From Polyangiales bacterium (GTDB taxonomy: Bacteria > Myxococcota_A > Polyangia > Polyangiales > Polyangiaceae): DNA of 64,000 bases. Position numbers and translations under genes: made by a program. The stretch lies in assembly GCA_038231275.1 (NCBI GenBank), contig JBBRLQ010000018.1:96001-160000 (forward strand), given 5' to 3'. The notes under the pieces were generated by a model. It searched no databases and was not told the DNA's origin. It was given only the letters and a program-made list of their open reading frames with translations. Below are positions 36,935 to 47,207 of this stretch, piece after piece (within the stretch, counting starts at the first letter, position 1; every line of letters starts with the position of its first letter).

Positions 36935-38683
36935 ATGGAATGCCCCGCCTGTAAGACCCCGGTCGACGCCTCCCAGCGCTTTTGCCCGAAGTGCGGCGCG
37001 CTCCAGCCCTCGGCGGAGGCGGCGCCGGGTAGCTCGGCGGATCCGCTGATCGGCAGCGTCCTCGGCGGCCGCTACCGGATCGTCAAGCTCCTCGGCGAGG
37101 GCGGCATGGGCGCCGTCTACATCGGCGAGCAGCAGATGGGGACGAAGGTCCGCAAGGTCGCCGTCAAGACACTTCACCCGCACCTCTCGAAGGACCCCAA
37201 GGTGCAAGCGCGCTTCCAGCGCGAGGTCGGCACCATCGCGGAGCTCGAGCACCCGAACACGATCCAGGTCTACGACTTCGGCACGACCGAGGAGGGCATC
37301 CTCTATCTCGTCATGGAGTTCGTCGACGGCACCAACGTCGCCGACATCCTCGAGAAGCAGGGCGCCATGGAGCCCGGGCGCGTCGAGAAGATCATGACGC
37401 AGGTGTGCGGCTCCCTCGAGGAGGCGCACTCGCGCGGCATCATCCATCGCGATCTCAAGCCCGAGAACGTCGTGCTCACCGAGCGCGCGGGCTCGAAGGA
37501 CTTCGTGAAGGTGCTCGACTTCGGGATCGCCAAGCGATCCAACGAAGAGGACAAGCAGGAGCAGAAGCTCACGCAGCAGGGCATGGTGCTCGGGACGCCG
37601 CCGTACATGAGCCCCGAGCAGTTCACGGGGCAGCCGATCGACAAGCGGAGCGACATCTATTCGCTCGGCGTGATGATGTACGAGATGCTCTGCGCGAAGC
37701 TGCCGTTCGAGGCGAACACCGCGTGGGAGTGGGCGACGCAGCACATGACGGTGCCGCCGCACGCGCTCGAGTCGACGCCGAACGGCGCCAAGGTGCCGCC
37801 GCGCATGCGGGCGGCGATCATGAAGGCGCTCGAGAAGAACAAAGAGAACCGCTGGTCGACGGTCCGCGAGTTCGCCGACGCGTTCGCAGGCGACGGGCCC
37901 GCCGTGTCGCGTCCCGGCACCGCGCCGCTCGCGGGCGTCGGCGCGCCGCCTTCGGTCACCGAGGGTAAGGGCAAGACGCAGATGGGCGAGCCGATGATGC
38001 CGCCCGCGGGCTTCGGCGGAGCGCCGCCGCCGTACACGCCGGGCCCGTCGCCGATGGGGATGGGGATGGGAATGGGCATGGGGCCCAACGTCGGCACGCC
38101 GTCGGCGGGGAATCACGCGGTCCCTGCGGTGGTCCCGCACGCGCCGGCGCGTGACACAGGCGGTGGCGGCGGGCGAACGGGCCTCATCGCGGCCATCGTC
38201 GTCATCGGCCTCCTGAGCGTCGGCGCGCTCCTCTACACCTTCGTGCCGCACAACAAGGCGGTCGCAGGCGGGTTCGATTTCGACGGCGGTCCCGCCCAGG
38301 TCGACGTCACGCCCACGAGCGCGCCCACCGACACGCCGCCGCCGGCGACGTCCGACACTGGCCTCGCTGCGCTCTCGAGCGGTGGGACGCCGCCGCCGCA
38401 CGGTCAGCCCGGCCCGCATCCAGGTCACAAGGACGGCGGCACGAAGCCTCCGCCGACGCCGAGCGGCGGTGGCGTGACGCCTCCTCCGACCCCGCCGCCG
38501 ACGCCTCCTCCGACCCCACCGCCGACGCCTCCTCCGACCCCGCCGCCCGCGGCCGATCCGCAGGAGTGCCAGGATGCCCGGCGCCTCATGAACCACCCGT
38601 CCCTGAAGACGGATCCCGCGCTTCAGGCCGTTTTTCAGCAAAAGCGCGCGATCTGCATCCAAAAGACCGGCCACTTTCCCTGA
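36935..38683 (+). CDS. Membrane Ser/Thr protein kinase with an N-terminal zinc ribbon
   Basis: CPAC...[37 protein letters not shown] helix; PPPT repeats. Confidence 0.95.
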   Translation: MECPACKTPVDASQRFCPKCGALQPSAEAAPGSSADPLIGSVLGGRYRIVKLLGEGGMGAVYIGEQQMGTKVRKVAVKTLHPHLSKDPKVQARFQREVGTIAELEHPNTIQVYDFGTTEEGILYLVMEFVDGTNVADILEKQGAMEPGRVEKIMTQVCGSLEEAHSRGIIHRDLKPENVVLTERAGSKDFVKVLDFGIAKRSNEEDKQEQKLTQQGMVLGTPPYMSPEQFTGQPIDKRSDIYSLGVMMYEMLCAKLPFEANTAWEWATQHMTVPPHALESTPNGAKVPPRMRAAIMKALEKNKENRWSTVREFADAFAGDGPAVSRPGTAPLAGVGAPPSVTEGKGKTQMGEPMMPPAGFGGAPPPYTPGPSPMGMGMGMGMGPNVGTPSAGNHAVPAVVPHAPARDTGGGGGRTGLIAAIVVIGLLSVGALLYTFVPHNKAVAGGFDFDGGPAQVDVTPTSAPTDTPPPATSDTGLAALSSGGTPPPHGQPGPHPGHKDGGTKPPPTPSGGGVTPPPTPPPTPPPTPPPTPPPTPPPAADPQECQDARRLMNHPSLKTDPALQAVFQQKRAICIQKTGHFP

Positions 38684-38729
38684 GCGCGGGCGCGCCATCG
38701 CGCGCGCCGTTCGCTATGCTCATGGTGGG

Positions 38730-41126
38730 ATGAGCGACGGAAAGTCCGAGGAGGAGATCGTCGCGGCGCCCACGATGGTGGCCGACGGGCCGGCGACCGA
38801 GTTCGGCTCGCCCCTCACGCGCACGGTCCTGGCGGGGCGCTACGAGATCGAGGCGCTCATCGGCTCGGGCGGCATGGGCACCGTCTACCGCGCGCGCGAT
38901 CGCGAGCTCGACGAGCGGGTCGCCCTCAAGATGTTGAGCCGCGCCCTCGTGAGCGCGCCAGCGATGCTCGCGCGCTTCCGGCAGGAGGTGAAGCTCGCGC
39001 GCCGCGTTACCCACCGCAACATCGCCCGCATGTTCGACATCGGCGATCACGACGGAGACAAGTTCCTCACGATGGAGCTGGTCGATGGGGAGTCCTTGGC
39101 CACCATTGCCGCGCGCGAGCGGGCCATGAAGCTGCCGCGCGTCGTGAAGATCATCGAAGCGCTGTGCGAAGGGCTCGCGGCGGCCCACGCCGTCGGGGTG
39201 ATCCATCGCGATCTGAAGCCCGACAACGTCCTCGTCGCGAGGGACGGACGTGTCGTGATCACCGATTTTGGCATCGCGCGCCTCTCGAGCGGCGACGCCA
39301 TCAAGACGCTGGGCCTCCCGGTCGGGACCCCGGCCTACATGGCGCCGGAGCAAGTGGAGGGGTCGAGCGACGTCGACGCGCGCGCCGACATCTACGCGCT
39401 CGGAGCGCTCCTGTTCGAGCTGCTCACGGGTGAGCGCGCCTGGCCCGGCGAGTCCATTTACCAGGTCGCCGCCGCTCGCCTCGTGCAGCCGCCGCCGAAC
39501 CCTCGAGACCGCCGATCGGACGTGCCCGAGCCGGTCGCGGCGATCGTGATGCAATGCATGGCGCGAAGGCGCGAGGACCGCTTCGCCTCGGCGAGCGAGG
39601 TCGCCGCTGCGCTCTCGGCGTTGACGCTGCCCGCGACGTCGATCACGCCGACGTCGGCTACCGTGGTGGTCCGCTCGAGGCCGCCCTCGCCGCCGACCGC
39701 GCCCACGCCGGATGGCATCAAGACGGTGGCGGTCCTCCCTCTTCGAAACGCAGGCCCGCCGGAGGACGACTACCTCGCCGACGGCCTCACCGACGATCTC
39801 ATCGACACGCTCAGCATGGGCAAGGGGCTGCGCGTTCGATCGCGCGGCGCGGTCTTCCGCTTCAAGGGCGGGGAGCGCGACCCGCGCGACGTCGGGCGAG
39901 AGCTCGAGGTGCAGGTCGTCGTCGACGGCTCGGTTCGCCGCGTAGGGGAGCTGCTTCGTGTGAGCGTGCACGTCGTCAGCGTCGCCGACGGCTTCCAGCT
40001 GTGGGCAAAGCGCTTCGAGCGCCCGGTCACGGAGCTCCTCAACGTCGGTGACGAGGTGGCGAGCGCTCTGTGCGACGCGCTCCTCCTGCAGTACCGAGCC
40101 CCTGCGCGCGACGGGGGCCTCGACCCGATCGCGATGGATCTACTCCTCCGCGCTCGCCACGAGTACCACCAGATGTGGCGGGACTCGAACAATCGCGCCG
40201 TCAACTTCCTCGAGCAGGCGCTCGCGCGCGCGCCTTCGTCTCCGGAGATCTTGAACGCGCTGGCCATCGCCCTTTGCCGCCGCTTCGCCTTCGACGATTT
40301 CGCCGAGAACGCGGCAGATCGCGTGCTCTCCCTGGCGGGGCGCTCGCTCACGCTCCTGCCGGACCGCGGCGAGCCACACGTCGCCATCGCGAGCATTCGC
40401 ATCAACATGGGCGATGCGGTCGGCGGCGCGAACGAGCTGCGGCGCGCGATCCAGCTCTCCCCGCGGAGCCCCGACGCCAACGAGCTCTACGGGCGCCTCT
40501 TGTGCGAGGTGGGGCGCACCGAAGAAGGGATCGCGCGCGGTCAGCTCGCGATGACCCTGGAGCCCGGGCTCGAGGGCATCCGCTTCGAGGTGGCCCGCGT
40601 CCGCGCGCTCGAGGGCAACTGGGGCGAGGCGGACGCGATCTTCGCCAAGTTCCCGGAGGGGCTGATGGCGAACGTGTACTGGATCTCGCGCTGGCGCGTC
40701 GTCTTCTGGAAGGAGGATCGGAAGCTCGCGGCGCGCCTCTTGGAGCTCGTCTCCGCGCAGGAGTTCGGCATCAAGCACGCGGTCATCGGCATGCTGTCCA
40801 CGTGCGTCCATGGCTTCGCCCCGCCGGAGCTCCTCCTCGAGCTCGACTCCCGCGCCCACGCCGGTCGCGCGCTCCGCCGTCGCGCCTTCTTCCGCCAGCT
40901 CAAGGCCGAGGTGCTCGCGTACACGAACGACGTCGAGGGAGCGCTCGTCGCGCTCGTGGAGTCGGAGGAGGCGGGTCTCTTCGACGTCTTCTGGCTCGAT
41001 CGCTGTCCGTTGTTCGACAAGATGCGCAAGGAGCCGCGGTTCATCGCCGTTCGCGACAAAGTGCAGGCACGCGCCTCCGAGGTGCTCGGTGCGCTCATGA
41101 CGCCGACGGGGCTAGTCGGCTCATGA
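38730..41126 (+). CDS. Ser/Thr protein kinase with TolB-like and TPR domains
   Basis: IGSGGMG, HRDLKPDN, DFG, GTPAYMAPE; TVAVLPL.N...DYLADGLTDDLI..LS; TPR-like helices. Confidence 0.95.
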   Translation: MSDGKSEEEIVAAPTMVADGPATEFGSPLTRTVLAGRYEIEALIGSGGMGTVYRARDRELDERVALKMLSRALVSAPAMLARFRQEVKLARRVTHRNIARMFDIGDHDGDKFLTMELVDGESLATIAARERAMKLPRVVKIIEALCEGLAAAHAVGVIHRDLKPDNVLVARDGRVVITDFGIARLSSGDAIKTLGLPVGTPAYMAPEQVEGSSDVDARADIYALGALLFELLTGERAWPGESIYQVAAARLVQPPPNPRDRRSDVPEPVAAIVMQCMARRREDRFASASEVAAALSALTLPATSITPTSATVVVRSRPPSPPTAPTPDGIKTVAVLPLRNAGPPEDDYLADGLTDDLIDTLSMGKGLRVRSRGAVFRFKGGERDPRDVGRELEVQVVVDGSVRRVGELLRVSVHVVSVADGFQLWAKRFERPVTELLNVGDEVASALCDALLLQYRAPARDGGLDPIAMDLLLRARHEYHQMWRDSNNRAVNFLEQALARAPSSPEILNALAIALCRRFAFDDFAENAADRVLSLAGRSLTLLPDRGEPHVAIASIRINMGDAVGGANELRRAIQLSPRSPDANELYGRLLCEVGRTEEGIARGQLAMTLEPGLEGIRFEVARVRALEGNWGEADAIFAKFPEGLMANVYWISRWRVVFWKEDRKLAARLLELVSAQEFGIKHAVIGMLSTCVHGFAPPELLLELDSRAHAGRALRRRAFFRQLKAEVLAYTNDVEGALVALVESEEAGLFDVFWLDRCPLFDKMRKEPRFIAVRDKVQARASEVLGALMTPTGLVGS

Positions 41127-41847
41127 AGCGACGCGCGAAGAGGTACGCGTCGCCCGGCCATCGCGCGGAGACGTAGCGTCCGTCCTCGACCACGAACGCC
41201 GGTCCATCATCGTCGCGCGTGCCGCGTGCGCTGAGCGTGCGAGGGCCGCGCACGAAATCGGCCGGGGAGGCGAGGCTCTCCACGACCTCGTCCTCCACGT
41301 ACGCGGGGTACGTTCGGTAGTAGGTCCCGAGCTTCCAGAACGTCAGAAAATAGGCCGAACGCTCCATGTATTTGGGGAGGCACGTCGTGCGCGTGCCCGC
41401 GAGGAGGCCCTTGCCGGTCTTGGGATCCTTCGCGCGCGCGAGGACGAGGACGCCGTGGCAGATGGCGCCCACCGGCCGCCCCAAAGCCCAGAACGCCGCC
41501 ACCTTCTGCGCGAGCTCGTCGCTCGCGAGGTACTGCTTCATCCCTGGTGCGTGCCCACCGGGGAGCAGGAGCCCGTCGTACGCCGCGACGTCGAGATCGC
41601 GCCACGCGAGGGGCCTCTGGAACGCCGCGTCCTTGGTGAGCGCGGCGTAGAAGTCCTTCGGCTCGGCATCGGCGCCGAGCTTCCCGAAGAGCACGCCGGT
41701 GAGCAGGAGCGGATCGGTGGCAGGCGCGTTTCCGCCGTTCTCCGTCGCGAAGACGACCTCGTGGCCGGCCTCGGTGAGCAGGCGCCACGGCACGCTGACC
41801 TCGGTCGTGTCGAAGTCGCGATCGGGGAGCGGGACGAGGACGCGCAT
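41095..41847 (-). CDS. DJ-1/PfpI (class I glutamine amidotransferase-like) protein
   Basis: E.SVPW, YDGLLLPGGH, GAICHG, VEDGRYVSAR. Confidence 0.9.
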   Translation of the reverse strand: MRVLVPLPDRDFDTTEVSVPWRLLTEAGHEVVFATENGGNAPATDPLLLTGVLFGKLGADAEPKDFYAALTKDAAFQRPLAWRDLDVAAYDGLLLPGGHAPGMKQYLASDELAQKVAAFWALGRPVGAICHGVLVLARAKDPKTGKGLLAGTRTTCLPKYMERSAYFLTFWKLGTYYRTYPAYVEDEVVESLASPADFVRGPRTLSARGTRDDDGPAFVVEDGRYVSARWPGDAYLFARRFMSRLAPSAS

Positions 41848-41902
41848 GCGCGGCAGGATAGCGGCTAACGGTGCAGCTGCAGTAGTGCCAAGCTCGCCGG
41901 GA

Positions 41903-42973
41903 TCATTCCCGCACGAACACGCCGTCGCCGGACGTCGAGACGACCACGTCGCCGTCGCGCGCAGTGGCCCATAGATTGTCGCTCGATCGCGCGTCGACCC
42001 AGTCGGCCGGCGTCGCGCGCGCGCACCTCGCGCCGTCGAAGGCCCGGAGCGTCTTGGCGCCGGGCCCGCCGAGGATCTTCGTGAGTCGCTCGACGACGAT
42101 CGCGCGCGGGTGGCAGTAGTCGGCGTTGAGCCCTTCGTCGGGGCGCCCCGCGGAGATCACGGCGTAGCGTGGGCGCACGCGCGACAAGAAGCCCGGCGTG
42201 GTCGACGTCTCGCTCCCGTGATGGCCGACTTGGAGCAGCGTCGCCGGGGCCAGCGCGCCGAGCCGCGCCTCTTCGTCGTGCTCGGCGTCCCCCGTGAAGA
42301 GCACGCTCGACCTGCAATAGTCCACGCGGAGGAGGATCGAGCACGCGTTCGCGTCGTGCGCGCAGGAGGGCGGCCAGGACGCGGGCACGACCGGCGTGAC
42401 GCGCACGTCTCCGGCTGCGGGCGTGGGGAGCGGCGACTCCGGGTGGTCCGGATCGACGACGACCTTGCGCGCGCCGTGGGTACCAGCTGCCAGGTGCGCG
42501 CGCCGCACCTCGGCCTTTCGCTCGTCTTTGCCATTGTCCGCGTAGACAGCCACCTTGAACGCGCCCATCACTTCGGGCGCGCCGCCGATGTGATCGGAGT
42601 GCTGGTGCGTGATCCACAAAAGATCGAGCGGCGCGCCGTGGAGATCTGCGCGCAGCTTGTCGAGCAGGTCCTTGTGCTTGTTCGCGCACACGTCGCCGCA
42701 GCCCGAGCGCGCAGGGCTGTCGCCGGTGTCGACGAGGACGTGACGGCCATCGGGCAGGTCGACGAGCGCCGCGAGCGCTTGACCGACGTCGTAGAAGTGA
42801 ACGCGAAGGCGCTGTCCGCTCGCGCCGCACGAAGGTCCCGGCGGAGGCTCCGTCGGTGGCGGCGGAGTCGAAGGAGGAGGCACCACCACCGGCGGCGGCG
42901 CGGTCCCGATTCCGGCGCTCGTGCACGCCGCCCCGAGCCCGACGAGGAGCGCCGCAAGCGCGCGAACGTTCAC
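41903..42973 (-). CDS. ComEC/Rec2-type metallo-beta-lactamase-fold lipoprotein (putative nuclease)
   Basis: DVGQA, LVDTG, THQHSDHIGG, LFTGDAE, VGHHGS, YCHP; GAAC lipobox; GTGA overlap with the mfd stop. Confidence 0.88.
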   Translation of the reverse strand: MNVRALAALLVGLGAACTSAGIGTAPPPVVVPPPSTPPPPTEPPPGPSCGASGQRLRVHFYDVGQALAALVDLPDGRHVLVDTGDSPARSGCGDVCANKHKDLLDKLRADLHGAPLDLLWITHQHSDHIGGAPEVMGAFKVAVYADNGKDERKAEVRRAHLAAGTHGARKVVVDPDHPESPLPTPAAGDVRVTPVVPASWPPSCAHDANACSILLRVDYCRSSVLFTGDAEHDEEARLGALAPATLLQVGHHGSETSTTPGFLSRVRPRYAVISAGRPDEGLNADYCHPRAIVVERLTKILGGPGAKTLRAFDGARCARATPADWVDARSSDNLWATARDGDVVVSTSGDGVFVRE

Positions 42974-45900
42974 GCGTCGTCCCTCTGGCACTTCGCGAGC
43001 TCGGCGAGCACCGTCTCGGCGTTGGTAAGCCCGTTGCGCTCGCCGTCGAAGCGTCGCGAAAGGCGCATGTCGGGCGTGAGGCGGTACGCGCTCCCCTTCG
43101 CGCGGACGAGCGCGAGGACCTTCGCCGGATCGAGCGGCGTGTCCTCCCGCAAGTGGAGTGTCACGCCGCGCGCGTGCGCCTCGCAGCCGAGCGCTTTCAG
43201 GCGTCGTAGCTCGGTCTTGAGGCTCATCAGCTGCACGAGGCGCCGTGCCTCTTCAGGCGGCGGGCCGAAGCGGTTCTCCATCTCCTCCCCGAGCTCCGAC
43301 ACGGCGGTCTCGTCGAGGGCGCTGGCGAGGCGCTTGTACAAGGAGAGGCGCACGCCGACGTCGCCGACGTAGTCCTCGGGCAAGAGCGCGGCGACGTCGA
43401 AGGAGAGCTCGGTGTCGACGTCGTGGACGACGGGTTCGCCGCGCAGCTCGTGCACCGCCTCCTCGAGCATCTGGCAAAAGAGATCGAAGCCTACGCTCGC
43501 CACGTTGCCGCTCTGTTCGCCGCCCAGCAAATCCCCGGCGCCGCGCAGCTCCAAGTCGAGGCTCGCGATCTTGAATCCGCTCCCGAGCTCGGTGTGGCGC
43601 TCGAGGGCGTCGATGCGTGAGCGAGCCTCGTCGCTCATCGCGTTGGGCGGCGGCACCACGAGGTAGCAGTACGCGCGCTCCTTGCTTCGTCCGACGCGCC
43701 CGCGGAGCTGATAGAGCTGCGCGAGGCCGAACAAATCCGCGCGATCGATGATCATCGTGTTCGCGCGCGGGATGTCGAGGCCGCTCTCGATGATGGCGGT
43801 GGCCACGAGCACGTCGTACCGGCCCTCGACGAAGTCGACCATCGTCTTCTCGAGCGTCCCCTGCGACTCGTCTTTGCCGCCGCCCTTCAGCGTCATTTGC
43901 CCGTGCCCGACGCAGATGCGCGCCTCCGGAACGAGCTGCGCGAGGCGCTGCGCGCGCTCGTAGAGCCCCTCGATGCGGTTGTAGACGTAGAAGACCTGCC
44001 CGCCGCGCGACAGCTCCCGCGAGACCGCCTCGCGGATGACCTGTTCGTCGAAGCTCGTCACGATCGTGCGCACCGCGCGGCGATCGGTCGGCGGCGTGGT
44101 GATGAGCGAGAGATCGCGCAGGCCGCTCACCGCCATCTGGAGCGTGCGCGGGATCGGCGTCGCCGTCAGGGTCAGCACGTCGACGGCGGTGCGCAGCTGC
44201 TTGATGCGCTCCTTGTGCGCGACGCCGAAGCGCTGCTCTTCGTCGACGACGAGGAGCCCGAGGTTCCGGAAGTGGACGTCCTTGGAGAGGAGGCGATGCG
44301 TCCCGATGACGACGTCGACCTTGCCGTCCTTGAGCATCGCGAGGGTCTCGTCTTGCTCCTTCTTGGTTTGGAAGCGGCTCATCGCGCGCATGGTGAGCGG
44401 GTAGCCTTGCATGCGCCCCTCGAAGACGCGGAAGTGCTGCTGGGCGAGGACCGTGGTGGGGCACAAGAGGGCGACCTGCTTGCCGCTCATCGCGACGCGG
44501 AACGCGGCGCGCACGGCGACCTCCGTCTTGCCGAAGCCGACGTCACCGCACACCAGCCGATCCATCGGGCGCGGCGTCTCCAGGTCGCGGTTCACGTCGA
44601 CGATGGCTTTGGCTTGGTCGGGCGTCTCGTCGAAGGGGAAGGTCGCCTCGAAGGCGCGGTAGTCGTCGTCGGCGGGATCGAGCGCGTCGCCGGGCTGCGC
44701 CTGGCGCTCCGCGTAGAGGCGGAGCAGCTCGTCGGCCATCTGCCGAACGGCCTTTTTTACGCGCGATTTCGTCTTCGCGAACGTCGCGCCGCCAAGGCGA
44801 TCGAGCTTGGGCTCGGCCGCCTCGCCGCCCGAGTACTTCTGGATCTGGTTCAGGCGATAGACGGGCAAGTACAGCTTGTCGCCGCCCGCGTACTCGACGA
44901 CGAGGAGATCCACCGTCAGCGTTCCGACCTGTTTGTGGACGAGACCGTGGTAGCGCCCGACGCCGTGCTCGACGTGGACCACCAGATCGCCGACGCCGAG
45001 CGAGCGCAGATCTTCGAGGAAGGTGCGCGCGGTGCCTTCGGTCTTTCGTTCGCGGCGGCGGTGCGCGCGTCCGCCGAACACCTCCTCCTCGGTGACGAGC
45101 ACCAGGCCGTCGGCGGGCAACATCACGCCGCGCGAGAGGGCGCCGACGACGATCTGTGCGCCGTCGCTCGCTGGCTCGTCGAGCCACGCGGGATCGAAGA
45201 CGCCGAGGCGCGCGCGGCAGGCGACTCCCTGATGGCGGAGGAGCGCCGTGAGCCGCTCGGCCTGCGTCTCCGCGCGCGCCGTGACGAAGACCTTGAGCCC
45301 GTGGCCACGCCAGTGCGCGATTCGCAGCGCGAGCGGGAGGAGCGTGCCGGTCTTTCCCTTTGTGCCACGCGCCGCCTTTACCGCGCGCTCGAGATCCTGG
45401 TGATCGCGCGCGGCGAGATCGAGGGGCTCGTCGACCGTCTCGTAGCGCGCGAGGCCGGCGGCGTCGGCGCCGTGGATGGGCGTTCGGTGGATCGGTACGA
45501 CCGCGCGCGTCGCGAGCGTCGACGAGAGCTCGGTCTCGGTGTCGAAGAAGGCCGGCGCGGGAAAATGCGGCTCGCTCCCCTTCGCGGCGACGTCCTCCTC
45601 CGCGCGGGCCAGCTCCGCGCGAAAGGCGCGCGTGAGGAGCGGCGGATCGGCGAGCGCCACGATCGCGCGGGGATCGACGTAGCCGAGGAGCGGCTCGAGG
45701 GCGTCGTAGTACGCAGGCAAGAAGCCCTCGGCACCGAAGAACCCGCGCGCCGTCGCCACGTCGTCGACGAGCGCCCGGGCCCGGGTGGTAGGCAGATCGA
45801 TCGCGTCGCACATCTCCTGAACCGCGCTTTTGGCCCGCGCGGCCGCCTCGCGCGTCAGGATGGCCTCGCGCGCAGGTGGTAGCCAGATCTCGCGCAGGAC

Positions 45901-46659
45901 GCCGGCCTTGTCGCCGTCGCCGCGGCTCAGCGTCTTTTGCTCGAACGGATCGAACTGCTTGATGGAGAGGACGATGTCGCCATAGAGCTCGACGCGCGCC
46001 GGCAGCTCGGCGTTCGGGGGCCAGACGTCGAGGAGCGATCCACGGACGGCGAACGATCCCGGATCTTCCACGACCGGCGCGCGGAGGTATCCGGCCTCCG
46101 AGAGACGCTGGATGAGCGCGTCGCGATCGAGCTCCTCCTCCGCGACGATGCGCGCCGTGTGGCGGAGGACGACGGCCTTCGGCACGACCTTGCGGAGGAG
46201 GCTCGCCGCCGACACGACGAGCACGCGCCATGGGAGGCCGCTCGCGAGGTGGAAGAGCGTGGCCATGCGGCTCATCGCGGCGCGGCGGTCGGGGCTGACG
46301 TCGGCGTACGGCGACGACTCGCTCGCGGCGAAGACGAGGACGTCGCCCTGGCCGGTGTCCTCGGCGGTCTCGTCGTCCTCGCGCGCGCGCAGCAAGAACC
46401 CTACGTCGGTCGCGACGCGGCGCGCCTCGTCCACGTCCGCCGTGACGACGACGACGGGGCGATCGACGGCGCGCGCGATCGCGGCGGCGAGCGCCGAAGG
46501 AGCGCAGCCATGCGCGCCGGCGACGTCGATTCGTCCGCTTGTCGTGGCGGCCACGCGCGCCGCGACGTCGCGAAGTCGCGAGGCGACGACCCCCTCGGGA
46601 GGGAGGATCGGGTCGAGCGCGCTCGCGCCGTCGTCGCGTTCCGCGTCGCTCAGCGACAC
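42970..46659 (-). CDS. mfd: Transcription-repair coupling factor
   Basis: VHVEHGVGRY RNAP-interaction domain, GDVGFGKTE, DEEQRFGV, QLRGRVGRS, DLELRGAG, TRCF C-terminus; start approximate (GTG at 46659). Confidence 0.97.
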   Translation of the reverse strand: MSLSDAERDDGASALDPILPPEGVVASRLRDVAARVAATTSGRIDVAGAHGCAPSALAAAIARAVDRPVVVVTADVDEARRVATDVGFLLRAREDDETAEDTGQGDVLVFAASESSPYADVSPDRRAAMSRMATLFHLASGLPWRVLVVSAASLLRKVVPKAVVLRHTARIVAEEELDRDALIQRLSEAGYLRAPVVEDPGSFAVRGSLLDVWPPNAELPARVELYGDIVLSIKQFDPFEQKTLSRGDGDKAGVLREIWLPPAREAILTREAAARAKSAVQEMCDAIDLPTTRARALVDDVATARGFFGAEGFLPAYYDALEPLLGYVDPRAIVALADPPLLTRAFRAELARAEEDVAAKGSEPHFPAPAFFDTETELSSTLATRAVVPIHRTPIHGADAAGLARYETVDEPLDLAARDHQDLERAVKAARGTKGKTGTLLPLALRIAHWRGHGLKVFVTARAETQAERLTALLRHQGVACRARLGVFDPAWLDEPASDGAQIVVGALSRGVMLPADGLVLVTEEEVFGGRAHRRRERKTEGTARTFLEDLRSLGVGDLVVHVEHGVGRYHGLVHKQVGTLTVDLLVVEYAGGDKLYLPVYRLNQIQKYSGGEAAEPKLDRLGGATFAKTKSRVKKAVRQMADELLRLYAERQAQPGDALDPADDDYRAFEATFPFDETPDQAKAIVDVNRDLETPRPMDRLVCGDVGFGKTEVAVRAAFRVAMSGKQVALLCPTTVLAQQHFRVFEGRMQGYPLTMRAMSRFQTKKEQDETLAMLKDGKVDVVIGTHRLLSKDVHFRNLGLLVVDEEQRFGVAHKERIKQLRTAVDVLTLTATPIPRTLQMAVSGLRDLSLITTPPTDRRAVRTIVTSFDEQVIREAVSRELSRGGQVFYVYNRIEGLYERAQRLAQLVPEARICVGHGQMTLKGGGKDESQGTLEKTMVDFVEGRYDVLVATAIIESGLDIPRANTMIIDRADLFGLAQLYQLRGRVGRSKERAYCYLVVPPPNAMSDEARSRIDALERHTELGSGFKIASLDLELRGAGDLLGGEQSGNVASVGFDLFCQMLEEAVHELRGEPVVHDVDTELSFDVAALLPEDYVGDVGVRLSLYKRLASALDETAVSELGEEMENRFGPPPEEARRLVQLMSLKTELRRLKALGCEAHARGVTLHLREDTPLDPAKVLALVRAKGSAYRLTPDMRLSRRFDGERNGLTNAETVLAELAKCQRDDA

Positions 46660-47192
46660 TGCTGCGTCTGCGTCTCGTGCGTCTGGTAGCAGACGTAGAG
46701 CGCCCCGAGGCACGAGGTGTGCGCCGATTGCGCGCCGCACGGAGTGTCCTGATCGAAGCCGCTCCCGCGGCATAGGACGCCGGACTGGCAGCTCGCGACC
46801 GGCGTCTCGCGCTCTTCCTTGCCGTTGCAGTCGTAGTCGAAGCCGCCGCAGGCCGTCGGCGCGGGCTGGTAGTCGGGCGCGCCGGGATGGACGCGCGCGT
46901 CGTTGTCGCAGCAGTCGTCGCCGCCGCACGCCTTCGAGGTGTGCCCGTCGCGATCGAGATCGCACGGCGGCGCCGCGTCGAAGCCGGGCGCGTCGGCGTC
47001 GAGTGCGCCGTCGGAGCCCGCGCCTCCTCCGTCGCCGCGCCGCGCCCCGTCCGCGCCGGCCGCGTCCGCCGATCCTCCTCCGCCACCCTCGCCGTCGTCG
47101 AGACCGCCGGAGCCCGTCACGTCGAGGCCGCAGCCGAACGCGAGGATCGCGCTCGCCAAGGCGGTCCCCACCATGCTTCGGGTGCGGCTCAT
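46650..47192 (-). CDS. Lipoprotein with a myxobacterial Cys/Asp-rich putative metal-binding motif
   Basis: AFGC lipobox; DLDRDGH...GDDCCDNDARVHPGA...DYDCNG. Confidence 0.75.
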   Translation of the reverse strand: MSRTRSMVGTALASAILAFGCGLDVTGSGGLDDGEGGGGGSADAAGADGARRGDGGGAGSDGALDADAPGFDAAPPCDLDRDGHTSKACGGDDCCDNDARVHPGAPDYQPAPTACGGFDYDCNGKEERETPVASCQSGVLCRGSGFDQDTPCGAQSAHTSCLGALYVCYQTHETQTQQCR

Positions 47193-47207
47193 GGCCCCGG
47201 CAGTCTT

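Noticed and set aside
38478..38547. Tandem 12/24-nt repeats
   Set aside because: Simply encode a PPPT linker in the kinase's extracytoplasmic tail, which is common in myxobacterial kinases
42970..46965. Full 1331-aa ORF as an N-terminally extended Mfd
   Set aside because: The first ~100 codons overlap the upstream lipoprotein gene in another frame; the real start is near 46659
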